Shown here piece by piece: positions 9,731-18,756 of a stretch of DNA of 64,000 nt. The stretch comes from Candidatus Brocadiia bacterium. GTDB lineage: Bacteria > Planctomycetota > Brocadiia > CAIUPP01. Location: positions 32,001 through 96,000 of the forward strand of contig JBEKCB010000004.1 in the NCBI GenBank assembly GCA_050015075.1, read 5' to 3'. A model generated the notes under the pieces. The model had not been told where the DNA came from and searched no databases. It was given only the letters and a program-made list of their open reading frames with translations. Within the stretch, counting starts at the first letter, position 1; every line of letters starts with the position of its first letter. A program made the position numbers and the translations under genes.

Positions 9731-9906
9731 CCAGTTGATTCAAGCGGCGCGCAAAGCCTCGTAATCCAAGTCTATATTCAGCCGGTAGCAGGCCCCCGCT
9801 AGTTACCCACTGAGCGCTACGTTTCGACAGTGTGACGGTCACTGTGGCGGGTTCACATCGGGCTGTCCGCATCGACGGGAAAAACCTTCGCGGTGTGAGA
9901 GTCAGT

Positions 9907-10692
9907 TCATGGCCTCCGGTCAGGCGACTTGAGTATTTCCTTCCGGAGCTCTTCGCTGGTCCAGAATGGCGAACCGCCAAAACGTGCGTCGTCCAGAAAC
10001 ACTGCGTCGTCAATTCCCCAGGACAACAAGCTTGCCCTGTCAGATGTGTCTATTTCCTCGTAGTTGACGCGATCTTCAATCCCGGCGACGGCTTCTCTGG
10101 CTCTGACGCACTCCTCGCATCCACCTCCGCACCAACCATTGACGAATACGGTAACCTTCCTCTTTCTTGCGTCTCTCGATGGTCTTCGCTTCAGTCGCAG
10201 CAGCGCAGGCGGGTCGGCGGCCTCGACAAATTTCTTCCAAACCAACACATCTCCGCCCCGCTTGTCCGCGCGGGAATACCCCATGTGTTCGTAGAATGAT
10301 ACGGGATTCCAATCCGGGATGTCCATGCCTCAGGCGGCAACCCCTTTCGCGCCGGATCCCCGTGCGTCCTCTTCGATGGAATTGAGGATAAACCTCCCGT
10401 AGCCTTTCCGTTGCTGATTGCCGACAAGGTGCTCATATCCGTGCACCCAGATGCAAAGAATGGCGAAAAGGTCCCGGCCGATAAAGTGCGAATGTTCGAT
10501 TGGCACGTATTGGCATAACCCCAAGACGGCGCCATCTTCGCGCATGAGCACCTTGGCGCGCAGTCCTCTTCGCTTTAGGCGCTCGTACCAACGGCGGCGT
10601 AGAGCGGTGACACCGGGAATTTCCGGCTTTTCGTCGTGCAGGCACCGGAAGAACGTCCCTTCCGTGCTCTCGGCGATGTCAACGAGTCTCAC
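9907..10692 (-). pseudogene. GNAT acetyltransferase with thioredoxin-like C-terminus, interrupted by an in-frame TGA at 10330-10332
   Basis: ORFs 10330-10692 and 9907-10326 share a frame (GCC GCC TGA GGC ATG). QRKGYG acetyl-CoA motif, FYEHMGY, and C-terminal GWCGGGCEEC. Confidence 0.75.
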
Positions 10693-11029
10693 GGTCCGCG
10701 CTCCCTTCGGAAGAAACCGTTGTCATCGTACCTGATGATGTGAGCCCATGCAAATGCGGGGTTTTCCATGCAGGCGTTGATGAGCTCACACCTAGCCTGG
10801 ACAAGACATAAGCTGGACCAAAGGCCGTCTTTGAAGCGTCATTTGGCGGTAGGATGCGGGCCAGAAAGGGCGTCAGGATGTGGGTGGCGCGCCTGCGGCA
10901 TGCAGCAATACCTATGTCTTCCCATGCCTCAAAACTCGAAGGGTCAGTGTAGAATCCTGCCGTCGGTACGAACCTGCGACGACTCGGTAGAGAGGGCACT
11001 CGTTGGTCTCATCTGAAAGCACTTGCACG

Positions 11030-11140
11030 GCGCGTAGACACCTTCACCATCGCCAGACCGTAGGTGTGCTCCTGGATGTCTACGCTCAGACCTTCCGAGC
11101 GGACGAGCGCGCCGCCGTCGAGCGGCTGCCGTATTTCGGC
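11030..11140 (+). pseudogene. Tyrosine integrase C-terminal remnant
   Basis: HRQTVGVLLDVYAQTFRADERAAVERLP resembles the 'H-S-x-I-x-L-T-M-D-x-Y' catalytic end. It sits directly before a tRNA fragment. Confidence 0.55.
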
Positions 11141-11227
11141 GCGAAAAGTGGACAACAAATGGACACGCGGACCCAAGCGAGCGAGTGAAAAGCCTACTGT
11201 TTACAAAGCAAATCGCAAATCCGGCGC

Positions 11228-11277
11228 GCGTTTTCCTAAACCGCAGGTCGCACGTTCGACTCCTGCCGGGCGTGCCA
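11228..11277 (+). mobile_element. tRNA-Arg(CCT) 3' fragment; att-like island border
   Basis: TTCCTAA loop, ACCGCAGGTC, GCACGTTCGACTCCTGC T-arm (one mismatch), CGGGCGTGCCA end. No D-arm or 5' acceptor strand upstream. Confidence 0.8.
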
Positions 11278-11375
11278 TTCTTTCCGACTGCCACGGATGC
11301 TGCAAAATGCCTATCCCTTCTAAGGGCTAATGACGGCCTGACCTCATCGCTTCCCTTTTGCCTCGTGACCGGTCG

Positions 11376-12227
11376 CTAGATAGCGCCGAAGAGTTTCTTC
11401 TCCAGCTCGGGCGTGAGCCTGCCGCCGTACTCGCAGCGCTCGAAGGCCTCTGCGAACTTGACGGCGTTGCCTTTCTTCTCGCCGTATTTGGCGACTAACT
11501 GCGGGCGGTAGCGGTCCGCCGCCTCCGACGAGCGTTTGCCGTATCGGTCCGCCGCGAACTTGCGCCGGCCGGCCCGGCTCTTCGGAACCTGATTCTCCGC
11601 CATTCCGGAATTCCAAGGGATCCATTCGAACACCTGGCTCTCGTGGCAGATAATGGCGCTGAGCTTCTTGTCCATCACCGAGTCAATGGCCACCACGAAG
11701 TCCGGATGGAACGGGATCGGCTTTTGGAAGTCGTCGGCCATATAAAGCACGGACGGGGCATGACGCAGCGCGGGGGTCTCCGGGCAGTTGTTGGGCACGG
11801 TGACCACGTAGGACGAGTCCTGGACCAGGATGGACGTGTAGCGGTGGTCGGGGTGGTAGTCGTTGGGACGGTGCGTGATGACGACGTCCGCGTTGAACTC
11901 GCGGATCAGCCGGATGAACATGCCGCGGTACTCGAGCGAGGCCACCAGGCCGCCGTTCATGATGGGCAGCACCTGGCTCTCGACACCGAGCACGGCGGCG
12001 GCGGCCTTCGCCTCCGCGATCCGGCGCCGCACCAACTCGATGCCGCCGATGCGATGGTGTCCGGTGCCGCCGTTGGTGGCGCTGACGAACCGCACCTTGT
12101 GTCCTTGCCGCGCCCAGAGGGCGGCGACGCCTGAACACTTCAACTCGCAATCATCCGGGTGGGCGCCGATCAGGAGAATCCGCAGCTTGCCGCCTTTTCG
12201 CGGTGCGCCGCGTCTTGCCATGGCCAT
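11376..12227 (-). CDS. PIG-L family deacetylase
   Basis: GAHPDDCE and DYHPDH motifs. Confidence 0.9.
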   Translation of the reverse strand: MAMARRGAPRKGGKLRILLIGAHPDDCELKCSGVAALWARQGHKVRFVSATNGGTGHHRIGGIELVRRRIAEAKAAAAVLGVESQVLPIMNGGLVASLEYRGMFIRLIREFNADVVITHRPNDYHPDHRYTSILVQDSSYVVTVPNNCPETPALRHAPSVLYMADDFQKPIPFHPDFVVAIDSVMDKKLSAIICHESQVFEWIPWNSGMAENQVPKSRAGRRKFAADRYGKRSSEAADRYRPQLVAKYGEKKGNAVKFAEAFERCEYGGRLTPELEKKLFGAI

Positions 12228-12435
12228 GGGTCTTCCTTTCCAAGATGTCCACGCCTCGGGTTTTCAGCCGTTCCGCCGGGCGCGCGGGCACTCCCCGGCG
12301 GACGCGATGATGCCATGCGCTCTTCTTAGCCTCCGGTGGAGAGCTTGTCAAGAGCGGCGGGTGTGGTACATCCGTGCTAAAGGCGACTGAGTGGAGGAAG
12401 GAGCTGGTGTGGAGTTGACAATGTGCGCACACGTC

Positions 12436-13998
12436 TCAGACGCTGACATATCGGGTGCAGTTACGGCCGGAGTTTTTTGCCTGGTAGAGGCATTTATCCG
12501 CCTCGTCAATGATGAGGCTGCCGTCGAGGTTGGGAGAATCGAAAGGGACGTGCACCACGCCAACGCTAACCGTGATACCGGGAACTTCAGGGACCCAGCT
12601 CTTGGAGACCTCGGCGATACCGAGCCGCAGCTTTTCGGCGGTCGCAAGGGTGCCTGCCATGTCGGTCTCCGGCAACAGGACCACGAATTCCTCTCCGCCC
12701 AGCCGGGCCGGGACGTCGGTGGTGCGCACCTGCTGCTTGAGGAACACGGACAGAGCTGCCAGAACTTTGTCGCCGGCGAGATGTCCGTAGGTGTCGTTGA
12801 CTTTCTTGAAGTGGTCAATGTCAATCATCAGAAAGCCGATGGGGTGCGCGTAGCGCCGGGCTCGACTGATCTCGGCGACAAGGCTCCTGAGAAGATCGCG
12901 CCGGTTGGGAAGCTGCGTGAGTTCGTCGGTGGCCGCGAGCCGTTTGAGGTCTTCCGCCTCAGCCTTCAACTGGCGCATCTCGTCGGCGTGCTCCTCGACG
13001 CGCACTTCAAGCACGCGCGCATGACCACCCAGTTCGGTGGCCAGGTTGCTCAGTTCCTGCGCGGCCTTCAGGCGCACTTCCTCGTACGAGGGAATCTGGC
13101 GCGGATCGAGGCTGAAGATTTCGCAGGTCTGGCGCACGTCGTGGGCCACCTTTCTCAGAATGCCGTTGAGCGCGTCCTCCGTCAGATTGAATTGCTCCCG
13201 GGCTTCGCTGATCATGGCGGCGCCGACGGTTCTCCGCCCCCTGCCGTAGAAAACATCGGAGACTTTCGAGCAAAAGCCGAGCACTTGCGCAAGCCTGCAC
13301 GTGTCCTGGTCGGCGCCTAGAATCCTGCCGCCGTCCGGTTCGTGGTGATAGCATACCGGGCCGTAAACTTCTTCGGGGATGCCCCACTTCTTAAGGAGTT
13401 CGGACCCGACTTTCGCATGGCTGAAGCCGAGGATGCGCTGCTCGACGAATTCGATGGAGGCCGTGGGATGCTTGCGCTGCTCTTCGGTGACTTTAGCGTA
13501 CAGTTCCGGTATCGAACATTGGAGCGCGACCATGCCGATATCCTGCAAAATGCCGGCTGAAAACGCCTCATCGCGCTTGACCGGCCAGACCCGCTCAGTC
13601 ACGAGGCGCGCGCCGACCGCTGTGGTCAGCGCATGCCACCAGAACCGTTCTATGGGAAAACTCTCGGGCACTTTCCTGCTGATGTCCGCTTCGAGGCTGA
13701 AACCGAGGACCATCATCCGCGTGACTTTCAACCCCATGCGCACGATGGACTCGTTGATCGAAGTGACTTTGCTGCGGCTGCCGAAATAGGCGGAGTTGGC
13801 CATCCGCAGCAACTTGGCCACCAGGGCCGGGTCCGCGCTGATCATCTCCTCAAGGCGCTCGAAGTTTACGTCCGGGTCCCGGCTGCTGGCGAGGACCTTG
13901 GCCGCCACGACCGGCACGACGGGCACCGAGTCGCTCGTCAGGACCTGAGCCAGAAGCGACGCCGATGCCTGGGCTTGTTCACTGGTGATTTCGGGCAT
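12436..13998 (-). CDS. HDOD-GGDEF diguanylate cyclase
   Basis: DPALVAKLLRMANSAYF HDOD motif, DIDHFKKVNDTYGH, RTTD I-site and GGEEF. GGAGG RBS precedes ATG 13998. Confidence 0.9.
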   Translation of the reverse strand: MPEITSEQAQASASLLAQVLTSDSVPVVPVVAAKVLASSRDPDVNFERLEEMISADPALVAKLLRMANSAYFGSRSKVTSINESIVRMGLKVTRMMVLGFSLEADISRKVPESFPIERFWWHALTTAVGARLVTERVWPVKRDEAFSAGILQDIGMVALQCSIPELYAKVTEEQRKHPTASIEFVEQRILGFSHAKVGSELLKKWGIPEEVYGPVCYHHEPDGGRILGADQDTCRLAQVLGFCSKVSDVFYGRGRRTVGAAMISEAREQFNLTEDALNGILRKVAHDVRQTCEIFSLDPRQIPSYEEVRLKAAQELSNLATELGGHARVLEVRVEEHADEMRQLKAEAEDLKRLAATDELTQLPNRRDLLRSLVAEISRARRYAHPIGFLMIDIDHFKKVNDTYGHLAGDKVLAALSVFLKQQVRTTDVPARLGGEEFVVLLPETDMAGTLATAEKLRLGIAEVSKSWVPEVPGITVSVGVVHVPFDSPNLDGSLIIDEADKCLYQAKNSGRNCTRYVSV

Positions 13999-14421
13999 TC
14001 TCAGAAGCTCCTCCATCATCCTGTCCGAGGTGCGGTACTGCACTCTGGCTTTGCCTGGGCCTTGCGGGAGCCGCCGTCCGAATCGTTGCAGCTTTTCAGA
14101 GACTCGGGCACGTCTGCCGACAGCCTTCGCCACCGGCCCGGTGCAAACCGGAGGCTGAGTCCCCAGAGGCTGCATTTCAGCAAATTCACCCGGCAGGACG
14201 AGCGATCCGTAGATGAAGTCCTTCAACAATTTTCGAAAACACATCAAACTAACCGCACCCAGGTGAGCCTTCAATTGTTAATTTCCCCGGCGGGTATTGG
14301 GAAATTTCCTACAGACCACTGGAATGCTCAAGCCGTAACGGCGGCGAAGAGTAATGGCATTCGAGGGAGGCCGGAGACGAAAGAGAACCTGCGGCAGAAG
14401 AAAAAAGGCCGAGTCGCTGAC

Positions 14422-15084
14422 TCAGAGCTCCGTTAGCCCTTCTTGAAGCGCGTATCGGGCCAGCTCGACATCCGTGTGAAGCTTCAGCTTCTCCATGATA
14501 TGCTTTCGGTGGGCGAGAGCGGTGTTTTGGCTCACGCCGAGACGGGATGCCACGTCCTTTGAATTCAGCCCCTCCGCGATCAGTTGCAGCACTTCCCGCT
14601 CCCGGTCGCTCAAATCCTCAAACGGACCATGCGCGGGCGCGCGGTCACGCAGTACGAACTCCTCAACCACGGCCCTGGCAACCAGGGGGCTGACGTACAT
14701 ATCGCCGGCGAAGACCACGCGGACGGCCTCCACAAGTTCCCTCGGCGCTGATCCCTTGACGAGATAGCCCGCTGCACCGGCTTCCAACATGGCGCGAATC
14801 AACTTCTTCGATGTATGCATGGACAGGCACAACACTCTTGCGCCGGAACGACCCGCTGCGATCTGCCTTGTCGCTTCGATGCCGTTGAGGTCCGGCATGC
14901 CGATGTCCATGACGACGACGTCTGGACGTTCACTTTCAGTCAATTCCATCGCGGCACGGCCGTTGCCGACCTCGGCGACGACCCGCATATCCGGTTGGTC
15001 ATCGAGGAGACGACGCAGACCCGCGCGGACCAGTTCATGGTCGTCCGCGAGAAGGACGCGTATTTTCTTCTCCGAAACGCTCAT
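14422..15084 (-). CDS. NarL/LuxR-family response regulator
   Basis: LADDH, MDIGMP receiver motifs; LSDREREVLQLIAEG HTH; TGATG coupling with the kinase. Confidence 0.92.
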   Translation of the reverse strand: MSVSEKKIRVLLADDHELVRAGLRRLLDDQPDMRVVAEVGNGRAAMELTESERPDVVVMDIGMPDLNGIEATRQIAAGRSGARVLCLSMHTSKKLIRAMLEAGAAGYLVKGSAPRELVEAVRVVFAGDMYVSPLVARAVVEEFVLRDRAPAHGPFEDLSDREREVLQLIAEGLNSKDVASRLGVSQNTALAHRKHIMEKLKLHTDVELARYALQEGLTEL

Positions 15085-16175
15085 CACGGTCTCTCTTGAG
15101 AACTCGGCGGGCCCTTCGGCATCTCGATGGTCACGCGTGTTCCTCCGTTTTCCTTCGTCGCGAGTTGGAACGTCCCGCCCAGATGGCCGATTCTTTCCTG
15201 CATGCGGTATAACCCAAAGCCGCCGTTTCGGCTGAACGAATTCGTCATAACGGAACGGTCGAATCCTCTGCCATCGTCCTCGACGGCAATCCGAATGTGA
15301 CCATCGGTGCAAGTGGCGCGCACGTCAGCGCGCCGCGCGCCGGCGTGCTTTACGACATTATGCAGGAGTTCCCGCACGGCATCATACAGGACACCGTCAA
15401 TTTCCTTCGCCGATGCGGTCACGTCTCCATTGCTCTGGTAAATGCACTGGAGGTCGAAGCGCGATCCCACGTCTTCGCATAGCTCGTTCAGGGCGTCGTC
15501 CAGGCCGAGCTTCCGCAAGACCGGGGAATCCAACTCATAGGTCATATTTCGGACTTGGTCGGTCACTTGGCCAAGAACCTCCTCCGCTTCTCGAATGGAG
15601 CGCAACGCGCGATCGGGAAGAGGTCCGTTCCGAACAGCTTCATCGAGGCTGAGGCCCAAGGCGGTGAGCATCTGTCCGATATTGTCGTGCAGCCAGGCTG
15701 CGATCTCGCGGCGTTCCCGGTCACTCGCGTCCGCAAGCTTCATGTTCAGCCGCGCGCGTTCGGCGGCCTGGGCTTCGGCGGCCCTGCGCGCCTGACGTAA
15801 TTTTCCGCCGACGTACCCGACCAGGATGGCCCCGAAAATGACGATCAGCCGGCGCGGAACTAGCCCGACGCTTATCGGGCTGCTCGCCAGTGGAACAAGT
15901 GTAAGTTCCGAGACCGCGAGGCCGACGACGGCCGCCGTCAGGCCAGGTCCTACGCCCAGTGCCAGCGCGATGAGTAAGGCCGCTGGATACAGAATTACGT
16001 ATGGCGCGGCGACGCCAATCCATGGGACGAGCAACAGACGTATGGCAACCGCCGCTGCTCCGGCGAAAATTCCGATGCTATAACGTATGATTGCCGGTCT
16101 GCAACCGGTGCCTTTGGTCGCAGCTTCCCAGACGCCGACAAACCGTCGAATGAGACTTCTTGTCAAATTGATCAT
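15084..16175 (-). CDS. Membrane sensor histidine kinase (HisKA_3)
   Basis: TM helices, ERREIAAWLHDNIGQ, NVVKHA, DDGRGF and GFGL motifs. Start uncertain. Confidence 0.88.
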   Translation of the reverse strand: MINLTRSLIRRFVGVWEAATKGTGCRPAIIRYSIGIFAGAAAVAIRLLLVPWIGVAAPYVILYPAALLIALALGVGPGLTAAVVGLAVSELTLVPLASSPISVGLVPRRLIVIFGAILVGYVGGKLRQARRAAEAQAAERARLNMKLADASDRERREIAAWLHDNIGQMLTALGLSLDEAVRNGPLPDRALRSIREAEEVLGQVTDQVRNMTYELDSPVLRKLGLDDALNELCEDVGSRFDLQCIYQSNGDVTASAKEIDGVLYDAVRELLHNVVKHAGARRADVRATCTDGHIRIAVEDDGRGFDRSVMTNSFSRNGGFGLYRMQERIGHLGGTFQLATKENGGTRVTIEMPKGPPSSQERP

Positions 16176-16600
16176 AATCTTTTTTCGTCGCAGGCGCCTG
16201 CTGTGCATCCGGCATCGCTGTTCATTTCCAGCGACTCCGTGTTTACCGTTAAGCCAGACCATCGCTAAACCGCAGGTCTTCAAAAGCATAACCCTCCATG
16301 CTGCTTCGCGCAAGTGCCATCATTCCCGACTGGAAGAAAGGAGTTCGCCAGCCACTTTACCTCAGCCTTCCACGCCGGCGTTCGCACTCGGCACAAGATC
16401 CGCGAGGAAGAGCTTTCCTGGAAACAGCGCGAGACCGAGCAGGCTTACTACACGGTGCTCGACTTCGAGCGCGACAAGCCCGTTCAAGACCGGCAAACCA
16501 CCAAAGAGTCGTTTGACAGCGGCAGCTGGACTGTTTAGTTTCATGCTTCAAAGCCAAGTGCCCTTTGGACTCGGGCAAACAGGAAATAGGAGGCGGAACC

Positions 16601-18697
16601 ATGCGAGCGATAAGATGGCATATCCTGCGTTCCGGCGTGATCTGTTTATCCTGTCTGGCCGCGGCCGCGACTTCATTCGCCGGCGCATCCGACCTGGCGC
16701 TGAGCTTCGACCCGGCGATAATCACCACGACTGACGCGACCGCATCGGCTAAACCCGGCGCGGCGCCGGTCCTGGTCGTGACCACCGGCCACGCGCAATC
16801 CTGGGCGGGTATCGCGCTGCCGGCGCCGGAGGAGCATTGGGACTTTTCAGCGTTCAGCTATATCGCATTGCAGATCAGGAACAGGGGCGCCCGCCCTGTC
16901 ACTGTCCATTGCCGCGTGGATAGTCCCGGCGCGGACGGCAAGAAGAATTGCGTTACGGGCCACCTGACGCTCGACATGTGCAGGGTGGACACGTTGATGG
17001 TGCCTTTGCAGCGAACGCACGAGGATACGCTCGGCGGAAAACTCTTCGGGATGCTGGGCTATCCGGTCTCCGCTGGCGCGGACAGCGGTTTCGACCCGAA
17101 GAACGTTACGCAACTTCTGGTCTTCGTGGACAAGCCGGCGGAGGACAGCGTTTTCGAGATTACCGCGGTACGCGCCACCGGCGCTTACAGCCCGCCGACC
17201 GCATGGACGACGGACGCCGACCCGTTTTTCCCGTTCATTGACACGTTCGGCCAGTACCGGCATAAGGATTGGCCGGGCAAGACGCATTCGCTCGACGACT
17301 TCCCGGCCCGGCGCGAGCAGGAGGCGAAAGACCTCGCAGCGCACCCCGGCCCGAAGGATTGGGACAAGTACGGCGGCTCGCTGAGCCACCCGGCGCTCAA
17401 GGCCACCGGGTTCTTCCGCGTCGAGAAGATCGGCGGCAAATGGTGGCTGGTGGATCCCGACGGCCGGCTGTTCTTCTCGAACGGCATTGATTGCGTGCGG
17501 TCGCAGGAGGGCACGCCGATTGACAACCGCGAAAACTGGTTTGCGGATTTCCCCGGCAAGCAGACGGAGTTTGCGGACTTCCTGACGCGTGGCCGAGCGC
17601 GCCCGGGCCAGAACGACGGGCGCCCGCCCCAGATGTTTTGCTTCAATCGCGCGAACCTCCTGCGCAAGTACGGCCCGGACTGGCATGCGCTCAGTTCCAG
17701 GCTCGCCCACCAGCGGCTGCGCAGTTGGGGACTCAACACCATCGCCAACTGGTCGGACGAGAGCGCGTTCCTGATGCGGCTCACGCCCTACACCGATTCC
17801 ATCGGAAGCCGCGGGTCGAAGGTGATCATCGCCGGCCAAGACTCCTATGCGAGATTCCCCGACGCGTTCGACGCGAGCTTTGCCGATGCCCTCCGCCAGA
17901 GTATGGAAGCGAAGCGCGGCAAGAGCGCCGGCGACGCATGGTGCATCGGTTATTTCTCGGACAACGAGTTGTTCTGGGACGACGACGGGCTGTCGCTCGC
18001 GGTCGCCGCGCTGAAATCGCCGCCGGAGCAGGCCGCGAAGAAGGTCTTCGTCGCCGACCTCCGGGCGAAATACGGCGACATCGCCAGGTTGAACCAGACC
18101 TGGGGCACGGCGCACGCCTCCTGGGAGGCGCTGCTCGAAAGCCGCGACGCGCCGGACCAGCAAAAAGCTGAGGCGGACTTGGCCGCGTTTTACTCGAAGC
18201 TGGGCGAGCAGTATTTTCGCACCGCGCGCGACACCGTCAAAGCGGTCGCGCCGAAGCAACTCTACCTGGGCTGCCGGTTCGCGTGGATCAACCCCCGCGC
18301 CGCCGCGGCGGCCGCGAAATATTGCGACGTGGTGAGCTACAACATCTACCATCGCAGCGCGGCCGATTTCCAGTTCACCGGCGGCGCCGACGTGCCGCTG
18401 ATTATCGGCGAGTTCCACTTCGGCGCGCTGGACCGCGGGCTGTTCCACCCCGGCGCGGTGGCGGTGGCCAACCAGGAGGCGCGCGCGCAGGCTTACAAGG
18501 ATTACGTCCTGGGAGTCCTCGCGCACCCGCAGTTCGTCGGCTGCCACTGGTTCCAATACCAGGACGAGCCGGTCACCGCCCGCGGGTACGATAAGGAGAA
18601 CATGCAGATCGGGTTCCTGGACGTGTGCGATACGCCCTATCCCGAAATCGTCGAGGCGAGCCGTGCCGTGGGAGCGATGCTTTACCAGCGGCAGTGA
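16601..18697 (+). CDS. Secreted GH50 (beta-agarase-like) glycoside hydrolase
   Basis: Signal peptide; FIDTFGQY, WWLVDPDG, WGLNTIANWS, GYFSDNEL and IIGEFHFGALDRG motifs. Confidence 0.85.
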   Translation: MRAIRWHILRSGVICLSCLAAAATSFAGASDLALSFDPAIITTTDATASAKPGAAPVLVVTTGHAQSWAGIALPAPEEHWDFSAFSYIALQIRNRGARPVTVHCRVDSPGADGKKNCVTGHLTLDMCRVDTLMVPLQRTHEDTLGGKLFGMLGYPVSAGADSGFDPKNVTQLLVFVDKPAEDSVFEITAVRATGAYSPPTAWTTDADPFFPFIDTFGQYRHKDWPGKTHSLDDFPARREQEAKDLAAHPGPKDWDKYGGSLSHPALKATGFFRVEKIGGKWWLVDPDGRLFFSNGIDCVRSQEGTPIDNRENWFADFPGKQTEFADFLTRGRARPGQNDGRPPQMFCFNRANLLRKYGPDWHALSSRLAHQRLRSWGLNTIANWSDESAFLMRLTPYTDSIGSRGSKVIIAGQDSYARFPDAFDASFADALRQSMEAKRGKSAGDAWCIGYFSDNELFWDDDGLSLAVAALKSPPEQAAKKVFVADLRAKYGDIARLNQTWGTAHASWEALLESRDAPDQQKAEADLAAFYSKLGEQYFRTARDTVKAVAPKQLYLGCRFAWINPRAAAAAAKYCDVVSYNIYHRSAADFQFTGGADVPLIIGEFHFGALDRGLFHPGAVAVANQEARAQAYKDYVLGVLAHPQFVGCHWFQYQDEPVTARGYDKENMQIGFLDVCDTPYPEIVEASRAVGAMLYQRQ

Positions 18698-18756
18698 CGA
18701 GAAAGTCAAACGGGAAATCCCTGTAATTTCAGTGGACCAGTTCAGGAGGACGAGCG

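Noticed and set aside
10700-11000. Small ORFs between the GNAT gene and the integrase remnant
   Set aside because: No motifs; likely decayed island DNA.
11228-11277. Intact tRNA gene
   Set aside because: No D-arm or 5' acceptor strand, and the stems carry mismatches.
11315-11332. CCCTTCTAAGGGC resembling a second tRNA-Arg anticodon arm
   Set aside because: No T-arm or CCA; too short to exceed chance.
14020-14280. Possible c-di-GMP riboswitch upstream of the diguanylate cyclase
   Set aside because: Only a GCAAAGCC scrap; the GEMM two-hairpin pattern could not be built.
16314-16538. Coding-like stretch between the kinase and the GH50 gene
   Set aside because: Possibly a gene remnant, but no recognisable family or RBS.
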